NCBI GenBank assembly: GCA_038238245.1
Contig: JBBRXX010000003.1
Coordinates: forward strand, 21,486-85,485
DNA length: 64,000 bases
Reading direction: 5' to 3'
From: Acidimicrobiia bacterium
Lineage (GTDB): Bacteria; Actinomycetota; Acidimicrobiia; IMCC26256; PALSA-610
A model generated the notes under the pieces. It was not told the origin of the DNA. It searched no databases and worked only from the letters and a program-made list of their open reading frames with translations. A program made the translations under genes and the position numbers. Positions 35,271 through 44,705 of the stretch are shown in pieces. Within the stretch, counting starts at the first letter, position 1, and each line of letters starts with the position of its first letter.

Positions 35271-36506
35271 CTACCGATTGCCGGGCGCGCTGGTTTCGAG
35301 GCGCTCGAGTGCGCTCACCACCCGTTCCACCGACCGGTCCCACGACCAGTGTGCAACCGCGGCCGCTCGTCCTTGCCGTCCGAGGCGTGCACGCTCCTCC
35401 GGACGATCGCGCAGCCAAGTGAGGGAGCGAGTGAGCTGCGCGACGTCTCCCGGGTCGACCAGCAGCGCGTCGACGCCGTCATCGAGTTGGGCGGGTATCG
35501 CGCCCGCCCGGGGCGCGACGACGGCGACGCCGCACGCGAGGTACTCGGCGAGCTTGAGCGGCGAATAATGGAAGTCGGCGCCCGGCTCCGCGAGGACCAC
35601 CGCCGCGTCCATCGCGGCAATGTGCGCCGGGAGCTCTTCGTGCGGGACGGTCCCCGTGGACACCAGCGGGACGCCGCGCTCGCGTGCGAGCGTCTCGATC
35701 GTGGCGCGCTCCGGTCCGTCGCCGACGAGCAGTAACACCGTGCCCGGCATCGCCGTCAGCGCGTTGACGAGTTGGCCGAGGCCGTGGAACTTGCGAAAGC
35801 TGCCGACCCACCCGACGACGAACTCGCGGCCGAGACCCAACCGGCGACGAACAGCCGCCCCATCGGCGCGCGCGTTGAAGACGTCAGGATCGAAACCCGT
35901 GCGTACGATGACGACGCGCTCCTCGGCGACGCCGAGGCGACCGACCTGCTCCGCGACGAGCTCGGAGCCGCACGCAACCAGATCGGCACGGCCGAGGACC
36001 CGCGCCTCTCCGAACTGTTCGAGCAGACGACTCCAACCCGGTCTCCGGACGCCCCACTGTCGTGCCTGCCACATCAGTGGCGCGGGCACGAACAGCACCG
36101 AGGGCACGCCGAGCGCACCCGCGAGCTCGACGCCGGCGGTATGGAACAACTCGTGCCGCTGCCAGACGAAGCGCACGTCGTGCTTCGCCCAGGCGCCATC
36201 GGGCGTGACGTGAAACGTCTGCGCGCGGCGAAATTCGCGAGCGTCCTTCACCGCCGTCTTCGCGACGACGGGCAGCCGGCGCCGCCACGAAGTCGTCGGC
36301 GCGGCCGCGAGCTGAGGGTGCGCGGCCCGGCGACGCACGTCGTCGACACTCATCAGACCGGCGGGCGCGACGATCCAGATGTCGCCGACGACCCGTCGGA
36401 TCGCCGTGGCCCACCCGGCGGTGCTGACCCATGCCGCTACGGGGCCTTGTTGTCCGGCCGTCGTGGTGGGCAGCACGAGGATCGCGCCTGCAGGCCGATC
36501 ATTCAC
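35271..36506 (-). CDS. Glycosyltransferase family 4 (GT-B, retaining)
   Basis: C-terminal EX7E-type region: GVPLVSTGTVPHEELPAHIAAMDAAVVLAEPGADFHYSPLKLAEYLACGVAVVAP. Confidence 0.8.
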   Translation of the reverse strand: MNDRPAGAILVLPTTTAGQQGPVAAWVSTAGWATAIRRVVGDIWIVAPAGLMSVDDVRRRAAHPQLAAAPTTSWRRRLPVVAKTAVKDAREFRRAQTFHVTPDGAWAKHDVRFVWQRHELFHTAGVELAGALGVPSVLFVPAPLMWQARQWGVRRPGWSRLLEQFGEARVLGRADLVACGSELVAEQVGRLGVAEERVVIVRTGFDPDVFNARADGAAVRRRLGLGREFVVGWVGSFRKFHGLGQLVNALTAMPGTVLLLVGDGPERATIETLARERGVPLVSTGTVPHEELPAHIAAMDAAVVLAEPGADFHYSPLKLAEYLACGVAVVAPRAGAIPAQLDDGVDALLVDPGDVAQLTRSLTWLRDRPEERARLGRQGRAAAVAHWSWDRSVERVVSALERLETSAPGNR

Positions 36507-36549
36507 ACGGCCACGCTATCGCCGGCGTCGCGAGTGGCACGATGACGGC

Positions 36550-37674
36550 GTGCGCATCCTCCATGTCGTGACGCGGAGTCAACGCCGTGGCGCCGAGCTC
36601 GTGGCACTCGAGCTCGCGCGCGCGCTCGACCGGCTCGGTTGCGAAGACCGTGTGATCGCCCTCGCTCGCGCGTTCGACGGGAGTGCGGTCGACGAGCTGC
36701 CCTCGCTCACACCGCGTTCGGATCTCGGAGTTCGGACGTTGTTCTCGAGTATGCGTGCACTACGCCGGGAGCTCGTCCGCGAACCCGTCGACATCGTGCT
36801 CGCGCACGGCGGACGCGCGGCAGAGATCGCGGCCCTCGCGCGACGCGGCGCGCGCCCCAGAATCGTGTGGCAGCGCATCCTCGGCTTGCCGCCGCGTTTC
36901 TCGCACCCGCTGCGCCGGCGATGGTGGCGGTTGCTCCTGCGCCGCACCGACGCCGCCGTCGCGCTCACGGAGGAGCTCGAGAACGAGCTGCGCCAGCTCG
37001 GCTTCAAAGGGCGTATCTGGAGGATCCCGAACTTCCGCGATCCGACGCGCTTCGAGGGCTTGAACCGCGCGGACGAGTCGACGCGATTGCGCGCAGAGCT
37101 CGGAGTCGCGAGCGACGAGCCTCTGATCGGTTTCGTCGGGCATCTGATCGCGCAGAAGCGTCCGGACCGCGCGATAGAAGTGCTCGCCGAGGTGCACCGG
37201 CTCGGAACGCGCGCCCACCTCGTCGTCGCAGGCGACGGGCCTTTGCGCGCGGCGCTCGAGGACCAGGTTGCCGAGCGACTCCTCGACACCTACGTGCACG
37301 TCTTGGGAGAGCGCGAAGACGTCGAGCACATCTTCGGCGGTATCGACGTCTTCGTGCTCACGAGTGATCACGAAGGCATTCCGGGAGTACTCATCGAAGC
37401 GCAGATGGCGGGCTGCCCGGTCGTCACTCCACTGATAGGTGGCGTGCGCGATGTCATCGAGGACGGCGTGACGGGGATGATCACGGCCCACTCTGACCCC
37501 AAAGAGATCGCTCATGGAGTCGTGGAGCTCCTCGGCGACCAGCAGCGGCGCACGCGCATGGTCGAAGCGGCGCGTCGCCGCGCTTCGCAGTTCACGTCGA
37601 GCCGAGCCGCTGCAATCTACGAGCAATATCTCACCGGACTCTTGACTGACGGCCTCAGATTGCCTCACGAGTAA
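36550..37674 (+). CDS. Glycosyltransferase family 4
   Basis: VRILHVVTRSQRRGAE N-terminus (GTG 36550) and C-terminal VFVLTSDHEGIPGVLIEAQMAGCPVV. Confidence 0.8.
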   Translation: MRILHVVTRSQRRGAELVALELARALDRLGCEDRVIALARAFDGSAVDELPSLTPRSDLGVRTLFSSMRALRRELVREPVDIVLAHGGRAAEIAALARRGARPRIVWQRILGLPPRFSHPLRRRWWRLLLRRTDAAVALTEELENELRQLGFKGRIWRIPNFRDPTRFEGLNRADESTRLRAELGVASDEPLIGFVGHLIAQKRPDRAIEVLAEVHRLGTRAHLVVAGDGPLRAALEDQVAERLLDTYVHVLGEREDVEHIFGGIDVFVLTSDHEGIPGVLIEAQMAGCPVVTPLIGGVRDVIEDGVTGMITAHSDPKEIAHGVVELLGDQQRRTRMVEAARRRASQFTSSRAAAIYEQYLTGLLTDGLRLPHE

Positions 37675-37912
37675 CAAAGGGTTGCTTCAGAAGTAACAAA
37701 ACCGGGCCGGACAGCCTTTGTTCTACGTGCACGTGGCGCGATAGCGTAGTGAAGGCGTTGTTGAGGTTGACAGCGCCGAGGAAATCTCGGAACCGACGGG
37801 AAATCCAGGGAACCGATCAAATTTTCGCAAAAAGGTGGAAGTTCAAGTTCCCGGAAGTTTGGGCAGAGCGGTTTGAGTGCCATGAGCCGCTAAACGGTCG
37901 GGGGGACACAAC
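37675..37912. promoter_or_regulatory. AT-rich non-coding region upstream of the dehydratase-aminotransferase operon, with direct repeat GGAACCGA x2 and inverted repeat TAACAAA...TTTGTTcTA
   Basis: Local AT content well above genome background (e.g. gatcaaattttcgcaaaaaggtggaagttcaagtt); repeats read directly. Confidence 0.4.
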
Positions 37913-40900
37913 GTGGGGTCGGCGAGGACGCCGGATCGTTTCGCACGAAGCGTCTACGACGTCGCGCGCGGGCGCGGTAACACAAGCCTGCGTATCTTGG
38001 ATATCGGCGTCATCACGGCGGCGTGGCTTCTCGCGTACGTCGCGGGCTTCGACGGTGCGGTGCCGCTCGGAACGCGCGGCCTGATCCCGTACCTGGTGAT
38101 TCCGGTCGCGACGCAGCTGCTCTTCAACCACCTCGTCGGCCTTTACGGGCCGGTGTGGCGCTATGCCTCCGTCGAGGAGGCGTTGCGCGTCGTCGGCGCG
38201 GTCGCCGGCGGTCTGTTGGTCTCGGTCTTCGAGCTCGCCTGGTACGCGGACCTTCGCGGAACGCGACTCCCGTTGCTGAGCGCGCCGCCGATTGCGGCGC
38301 TGCTGATGTTGTTGGGATGCGGCGGTCTCCGATTCCAAGCGCGACTGTTCGCGCTGGAGCGTGAGCGGAACAGCAAGAACCGGTTGCGAACGCTGATCGT
38401 CGGCGCGGGCGATTCGGGTGCCGGGCTCGCGCGTGAGCTCACGCAACGCAGGTCCACGGATTCGATGCCGGTCGGCTTCGTCGACGACGACCGAACGCTC
38501 TTCCGACGGTCGGTGCGCGGCCTGCCGGTGTTCGGCCCGATCGACGACCTCGAGAAGGTCTGCCGGGACGAGCGCATCGATCGCATCATGATCGCGCTGC
38601 CGGGTGCACCTCGTGAGCGGTTGCGCGACGTCGTCACCCAGTCATTGCGAACGGACGCGCAGGTCAAGGTGCTCTCCGACGCGTCCGGGCCCCACGGCGA
38701 GCCTCTTGTCGACAACCTGCGCAACCTCGACCCTGCCGACCTCCTCCGTCGAGAGCCTGCGCTCATCGACTCAGAAGGGATCGCGGCCTACCTGCACGGC
38801 GCGACCGTGCTCGTCACCGGCGCCGGTGGGTCGATCGGCTCCGAGATCTGTCGGCAGGTGGCTTCCTACGCGCCGCGCAAGCTCCTGCTGCTCGACCGCG
38901 ACGAGAGTCTCCTCTTCGAGGCGATGTCGACGATGCCCACCGGCGAGCCTCTTCTCGTCGACATTCGCGACGAGGGGCGGTTGCAGGACGTCTTCGAGCG
39001 CCACCGGCCCGACGTCGTCTTCCACGCCGCCGCGTTCAAGCACGTTCCGATCCTCGAGACGCACGCCGCGGAGGCGGTCGAGACGAATCTGCTCGCGACC
39101 TGGACGCTCGCGCAGATCTCGGCCAAGTACGGCTGTCGCTTCGTGTACATCTCCACCGACAAGGCGGCCGCGCCGCACTCGGTGCTCGGCGCGACAAAAC
39201 GCGCGGCCGAACAAGTCGTCCTCGCCGTTGGCCGGGAGAACGGGCTCGCGTTCTCGGCCTTGCGTTTCGGCAATGTGCTCGGAAGCCGAGGAAGCGTCGT
39301 GCCGACGTTCTTCCGGCAGATCCTCGAGGGTGGTCCGGTCACCGTGACCGACCCGGGGATGACGCGCTACTTCATGACGATCCCCGAAGCCGTGCGACTC
39401 GTACTGCAGACCGGCGCGATCGCCGAGGAACGAAAAGTGTTCTTGCTCAACATGGGCGAGCCGGTACGCATCGTCGAGCTCGCGCGCCAGATGATTCGCA
39501 TGAGCGGCTTGCGTCCCGATCGGGACATCGAGATCAAGTTCGTGGGCATGCGGCCCGGCGAGAAGCTTTGCGAGCAGCTCTACGACGACACCGAGACCAT
39601 CGCACCCACCTGGCACCCCTCGATCCTCGGTGTGACCTCGCACGTCGTCGCCGAGAACGACTTCTTCGGCGCCCTCGAGCTGATGCGAGACAGGTGCGCG
39701 GGCGCAGAGAACACTGACGTGTTGGAGCTTCTCGACGAGCTCTTGCGGGAGTGCGGCGTCACCTGCAACCTCGCGGGGCAGGCGCGTATCGAGACCGAGA
39801 GCGACGACCACGACCTCGGTACCGCGCCTGCGCAGGTCACCGACCTCACCGAGACGAGCGCAGATCGCAAGCGCATCGTCCTGCCGACGCGGCCCGCGCT
39901 GCTCGGTGGCACACCCGCCTTTGCCGCGGGCCTCCCGTTCGCGCGTCCTACCCGACCGTCACTCGGTCGCGTGATGCGGCGGCTGCGCTCATCGTACGAA
40001 GCCGGCATCCTGACGAACGGTCCTCTCGTCGCGGAGCTCGAAGAACGCGCCGCAGAGCGTCTCGCCGTCCGGCATGTCATCGCGATGAGCTCGTGCACCT
40101 CGGGGCTGATGCTCGCAGTGCAGGCGCTCACCGACGGCAGATCCGGACCCGTGGTGCTGCCGAGCTTCACCTTCTCGGCAACTGCCCATGCCGTCATGTG
40201 GAACGCGCGCCTGCCGAGGTTCGCCGACTGCGTGCGTGAGTCGATGCAGATCGATGCAGTACACGCCGCGGCCCTGCTGGACGGTGCCAGCGCGCTCATC
40301 GCCACGCATGTCTTCGGCGCCCCATGCGATCCCGACGGCATCGTCCGGCTCGCACGGGCCCACGATGTCCCGGTGCTCTTCGACTCCGCGCATGCATTCG
40401 GCGCGCGCGCCGGAAGCGACGTCGTGGGGGGATTCGGCGCGGCGGAGGTCTTCAGCTTGACACCCACCAAGGTGTTGGTCGCGGGGGAAGGCGGCCTCGT
40501 TGCGACGAACGATGCCTCGCTCGCAGAGCTTTTGCGCATGGGCCGCAACTACGGCGACCCGGGCGACTACGACACGAAGTTTGCGGGCTTGAACGCGCGC
40601 ATGTCGGAGTTCCACGCCGCAACTGCTCTCCAGTCGCTCGAGCTCCTCGATGACGCATTGCACCGGCGGAATGCGATCGCACAGATCTACCGCAACAACC
40701 TGCGCGACGTGCCCGGCGTCGGGTTCCAGCACGTACCGCAAGGCGACTTCAGTACCTACAAGGATTTCGTGATCACGATCGATCCCAATGCGTTCGGTGT
40801 GACGCGGGACGTCCTGGTGCTCGCGCTCGCCGCCGAGGGGATCGACACACGGAGCTATTTCGATCCGCCGGTGCACCGCCAACGCGCGTACCAGCACGTT

Positions 40901-41068
40901 GCGCACGACGATCTCCCGGATACCGAGGCCGTGTCCTCGCGTATCCTCGCGCTGCCGATGTTCACGGACCTTCGTGACGAAGAAGTCGAGCGGGTCGCCG
41001 ACGTCATCGCCGCGGTACACGAGCACGCGGATGCGATCGTGGCCAGCGGCCACGCCTACGCCGACTGA
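37913..41068 (+). CDS. Bifunctional fusion: membrane-anchored NDP-sugar 4,6-dehydratase (CapD/PglF/WbpM-like) + DegT/DnrJ/EryC1-family PLP aminotransferase (PglE-like)
   Basis: N-terminal four TM helices; two Rossmann motifs (LIVGAGDSGAGLA, VLVTGAGGSIGSEIC); Polysacc_synt_2 core (GATKRAAEQ...FGNVLGSRGSV). After ~650 aa an aminotransferase core (GILTNGPLVAELEERAAERL...AMSSCTSGLMLA...SLTPTKVL). Confidence 0.85.
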   Translation: MGSARTPDRFARSVYDVARGRGNTSLRILDIGVITAAWLLAYVAGFDGAVPLGTRGLIPYLVIPVATQLLFNHLVGLYGPVWRYASVEEALRVVGAVAGGLLVSVFELAWYADLRGTRLPLLSAPPIAALLMLLGCGGLRFQARLFALERERNSKNRLRTLIVGAGDSGAGLARELTQRRSTDSMPVGFVDDDRTLFRRSVRGLPVFGPIDDLEKVCRDERIDRIMIALPGAPRERLRDVVTQSLRTDAQVKVLSDASGPHGEPLVDNLRNLDPADLLRREPALIDSEGIAAYLHGATVLVTGAGGSIGSEICRQVASYAPRKLLLLDRDESLLFEAMSTMPTGEPLLVDIRDEGRLQDVFERHRPDVVFHAAAFKHVPILETHAAEAVETNLLATWTLAQISAKYGCRFVYISTDKAAAPHSVLGATKRAAEQVVLAVGRENGLAFSALRFGNVLGSRGSVVPTFFRQILEGGPVTVTDPGMTRYFMTIPEAVRLVLQTGAIAEERKVFLLNMGEPVRIVELARQMIRMSGLRPDRDIEIKFVGMRPGEKLCEQLYDDTETIAPTWHPSILGVTSHVVAENDFFGALELMRDRCAGAENTDVLELLDELLRECGVTCNLAGQARIETESDDHDLGTAPAQVTDLTETSADRKRIVLPTRPALLGGTPAFAAGLPFARPTRPSLGRVMRRLRSSYEAGILTNGPLVAELEERAAERLAVRHVIAMSSCTSGLMLAVQALTDGRSGPVVLPSFTFSATAHAVMWNARLPRFADCVRESMQIDAVHAAALLDGASALIATHVFGAPCDPDGIVRLARAHDVPVLFDSAHAFGARAGSDVVGGFGAAEVFSLTPTKVLVAGEGGLVATNDASLAELLRMGRNYGDPGDYDTKFAGLNARMSEFHAATALQSLELLDDALHRRNAIAQIYRNNLRDVPGVGFQHVPQGDFSTYKDFVITIDPNAFGVTRDVLVLALAAEGIDTRSYFDPPVHRQRAYQHVAHDDLPDTEAVSSRILALPMFTDLRDEEVERVADVIAAVHEHADAIVASGHAYAD

Positions 41069-41093
41069 CGGAGCGCCCGGCCCGAATCCTGTG

Positions 41094-42029
41094 TCAGGGC
41101 TCGGCTGCCCACGAACGAGGCGACGTGAACACGACGAGCGCCGCGATCCCGATACCCGCGACTGTGACGATCGTGATCCCGATCGCGGTCGTGGACGCGA
41201 GCGACGCAACGCCTATTCCGACGGCCGTCAGCGCGACCTGCCCGGCTGCGCACGCGAGCACTGACGCCTCGAGCGGCCAGCCCCGGTCGACGAGCTGATC
41301 GTAGACATGGCCGCGATCGCCTCGGAGCACGGGACGTCGCGCGCGCACTCGCCGGACGATCGCGACGACGGTGTCGCCGACGGGAACGCCGACGAACAGG
41401 ATCGCGCCGCTGATCACCGGGGAACCGTGCTGCGTCGCATCGGCGAACATCACCGCGAGTGCAGTCCCGATCAGGTAGCTGCCGGCGTCGCCGAGATACA
41501 CGCGCGCCGGAGGCCGGTTCCACACGAGGAAGCCCGCGAGCGCGCCGACGAGTGCGAGCGCCAGCGTCGACACCGCCCCGCCCAGAACGACTGAGAAGCC
41601 GACCGCGCCGGTCAGGGTCACTGTGGCGGCGAGGCCGTCGAGACCGTCGAGCAGGTTCACGGCATTGAGCAGCACGAGCTCGACGACGAGCGCGACGGCC
41701 AGGTGCCAGAAGTCGTGGGGTGCGACCATCCACGCCACGATGACCCCGAGCACGGCCTCGGCCGGCAGCCGGATCCTCACTGACAGGTCGCGGATGTCGT
41801 CGACGAGGCCGAGCGCGGACGCCAGGCCGAGGGGAACCAGCAGCGACGGGCGGTCCACCGCCACCGGTACGACGATCGCGAGCAGGACCGCGATGCCGCC
41901 CGCATACGGCACGGCCTGCTGGTGGACCTTCAGCGGTCCGGGCCGATCGACGAGACCGACACGTGTCGCAGCCCACGCGGCGACCGGCGAAAGGATCACC
42001 GCGACCGCAAAGCCCGCGATCAGGGCCAC
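41094..42029 (-). CDS. Polyprenyl-phosphate N-acetylhexosamine-1-phosphate transferase (GT4 MraY/WecA/WbpL family), initiating phosphoglycosyltransferase
   Basis: NAVNLLDGLDGLA signature, multiple TM helices. Confidence 0.85.
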   Translation of the reverse strand: MALIAGFAVAVILSPVAAWAATRVGLVDRPGPLKVHQQAVPYAGGIAVLLAIVVPVAVDRPSLLVPLGLASALGLVDDIRDLSVRIRLPAEAVLGVIVAWMVAPHDFWHLAVALVVELVLLNAVNLLDGLDGLAATVTLTGAVGFSVVLGGAVSTLALALVGALAGFLVWNRPPARVYLGDAGSYLIGTALAVMFADATQHGSPVISGAILFVGVPVGDTVVAIVRRVRARRPVLRGDRGHVYDQLVDRGWPLEASVLACAAGQVALTAVGIGVASLASTTAIGITIVTVAGIGIAALVVFTSPRSWAAEP

Positions 42030-42616
42030 ACGAGCACCTGTTGCGTGACGTCGCGGTGCACCTGATCGAACCCGTGGCGGCGGAATCCGCCGAGCTCATA
42101 GGCGCGGATGGCGGCGACGTTGTCGACTGCAGTGACGACGCGGGCCGTGGGGACACCACGGCGCCTGAGCTCGCTCACTGCAGACACGACGAGGAGCGCA
42201 CCGAGCCCGCGTCGCTGCACGCCTGCTGCGACGGCGATGGCCATGATCTCGGCCGCGGGCGCGTCCTCGTCGCCGCGAAAGCCGTACCGCATGGTCTCGA
42301 AGACCGCGCGGGGCGCCCGCGCGATGCCCGCAATCGCCGTCACACCGGCCGCGAGTCCGTCGTGCATGAGGAACTCTCGATAGAACGCGCCCGTGTCCTC
42401 GGCGGCGGCAACGAAGCCGCAGACCTTCCCGCCGTCGTCGACGACAAGTGCGAACGCCCGGTGCGACCGCACGACGCGACGATAGAGCCGGCGCAGGAAC
42501 GGGCGCCCGAGCGTGACGAGGAAGCCGTCATCGATGCGACCCGCGTGAAGGTCGACGATTGCGTCGACGTCGTCGAGCGTCGCCCGCCGTACCCCGACAT
42601 CCGCATCCTGCGGCAT
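42020..42616 (-). CDS. GNAT family N-acetyltransferase
   Basis: Start MPQDADVGVRRATLDD; acetyl-CoA binding region AVAAGVQRRGLGALLV. Confidence 0.8.
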   Translation of the reverse strand: MPQDADVGVRRATLDDVDAIVDLHAGRIDDGFLVTLGRPFLRRLYRRVVRSHRAFALVVDDGGKVCGFVAAAEDTGAFYREFLMHDGLAAGVTAIAGIARAPRAVFETMRYGFRGDEDAPAAEIMAIAVAAGVQRRGLGALLVVSAVSELRRRGVPTARVVTAVDNVAAIRAYELGGFRRHGFDQVHRDVTQQVLVWP

Positions 42617-43792
42617 CACCGGTGCGGCACGCGTGACGCCGGGCGTTCCTCCATGAGCCGACGATACGTCTCGAGCGTGATCTCGATGCACCGTTGCTGG
42701 TCGAACTCTCGCTGGGCCTTGTCGCGTGCGGCGACCCCAAGCCTCTGCCTTCGGTCTGCGTCGGCCGCCAACGTCTGGATCGCGCCTGCCAGCGCGTGCG
42801 TGTCGCGTACGGGTACGAGGATGCCCGTCACGCCGTCGTCGACCACCTGCCGGCAGCCGCGGATGTTCGTTGCCACGATCGGCAGACCCATCGCGGCCGC
42901 CTCCATGGCCGCGCGCGGGAACCCCTCGCGATGCGACGCCAGCACGAACAGATCCATTCCTGCGCACAGTCGCACGATGTCGTCGCGCGCCCCCAAGAGG
43001 GAGACGCCGGCTGCGCGCGCTTGTTCGAGATCACTCGGTGTAAGTGCGTCAGCCTTCTCGTGCTCGTCGCCGCCGATGACCGCGAACCGGAGCCGGGGGT
43101 CGAGGTCGCGGAGCTGTCGCGCCGCCTCGAAGACCTCGAGATAGCCCTTCTCGCGTACGAGGCGGCCGACGAGCCCCACAACGACGTCGTCAGGTTGGCG
43201 TGCGCCCAGCTCGGCGCGTGCCGCAGCGCTCTCGACGGGCGAGACGGCCGCCGGATCGAACCTTCGCAGGTCGATGCCGTTCCCGAGCAGCGTGAGCTTG
43301 CGCGCGGGCACGCCGACGCGACGGAGCGTCTCCAGATCTTCCTTGTTCTGCACGAGCTCCGCCTGAGAGCACATGCTCGCGACGCGTTCCGCGCCGTAGA
43401 CGAGAGTCCGTTTCGACAGGGCACTGTCGGCTTGGGCGTACAAGCCGTGCACGGTGTTCACGATCACGGGGACGCGTGCCGCTCGCGCCGCGACGCGGCC
43501 GTAGAGCCCCGGCTTCGGATTGTGGGTGTGCACGATCGTCGGCCGGAGTTGCCGCAGCAATTGCACGAGCTCGAGCAGCGCTCGTGCGTCGCTTGCCGGT
43601 GCGAAGGCACGCGTCGCATGACGCAGCGCCACGTGTCGTATGCCGCGTCGCTCGATCGCCTCGACGAATGGACCGGCGGCCGAGATGCCGACGACCTCGA
43701 AACCGTCTCGGGAAAATGCTTCGAGCTGCGGTCCGAGCAACAATTCCAAGCTGATGTCGGTCGTCGTGATGTGGGCGACGAGCGGGCGCGTC
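42616..43792 (-). CDS. Glycosyltransferase family 4
   Basis: GT4 C-terminal pattern LFVLASHREGFPRAAMEAAAMGLPIVATN; start assigned to GTG 43792 (IVTATRPLVAHITTTD); longer track ORF is Arg-rich upstream. Confidence 0.75.
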
Positions 43793-43796
43793 GCGG

Positions 43797-44705
43797 TCAC
43801 GATGCAGACCGCGAGTAGCGGATCCGATCCACCCAGCGTCGCGCCGTACCCTCGAGGGCCATCCCTCCGGCGGCCTTGCGCTCGAACCAGCGCATGCCGT
43901 CGCTCGTCTGGATCGGCGAACGCCCGAGGCGGTACGCGTCGCTGCGGCCATAGGGATTCGTGCGGTTCCCGGCGATCGCCGCCGACCGGAAACGGCGGCG
44001 CACCTCCCGAGCGGCCTCGGGTGATCCCAGCACGGCCTTGGGATAGGCGAAGTCGACGGGCGCTCGCCCGAGACGCTCGCCGATCAGGTCGATCGACCGG
44101 TCGAGCTCGTCGGCGACGTCTCGTCCCGGCAGGCGATCGAGCAGGCGATGCGTGTGCGTGTGCGAGCCGACGTTGACCAGGCCGGTCGCGCACGCGTCGG
44201 CGAGGGCGGACCACGACAACGGACGGCCGTTGTCGGGAAACGATCGGTCCTCGTCGACGAACGCGGTGGCGAGGTAGAGCGTGGCCGGCACCCGGTGCCG
44301 CACCATGATCGGCAACGCGACCTCGGCGAAATCGGCCGTGCCGTCGTCGAAGGTGACGACCACCTGCGAGTCGGCGGACGCCGGTGGATTCGTCAAGCGA
44401 TCGAGCGCGTCGCCGAGCGCGACGACGCGGCCCGACGCGCGGAGTGCGGCCATCTGCTCCTCGAAGAGCACGGGGTCGAGATCGATCTCGAGCGGGGACC
44501 GCCGTCCGACCCGGTGGTAGAGGAGTACCACCGCGCCCGGGGCCGGCCGTCGTCCACGGTCAGCGAGCGAGCAAGCGACCTTGAACGACTGGCGGAGGAG
44601 CTCCTCAGGCGCCACGGCCGCCGGCACCGAGAGTCTGCGGCGTGGAGAGGACGGGCATCTCGGGCGAGGGTCGCGCGCGAGAAGTATCGAGACACAAGAG
44701 CACAT
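43797..44705 (-). CDS. Polysaccharide deacetylase (NodB homology domain)
   Basis: VVTFDDGTADF and HTHTH motifs; start uncertain. Confidence 0.75.
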   Translation of the reverse strand: MCSCVSILLARDPRPRCPSSPRRRLSVPAAVAPEELLRQSFKVACSLADRGRRPAPGAVVLLYHRVGRRSPLEIDLDPVLFEEQMAALRASGRVVALGDALDRLTNPPASADSQVVVTFDDGTADFAEVALPIMVRHRVPATLYLATAFVDEDRSFPDNGRPLSWSALADACATGLVNVGSHTHTHRLLDRLPGRDVADELDRSIDLIGERLGRAPVDFAYPKAVLGSPEAAREVRRRFRSAAIAGNRTNPYGRSDAYRLGRSPIQTSDGMRWFERKAAGGMALEGTARRWVDRIRYSRSAS

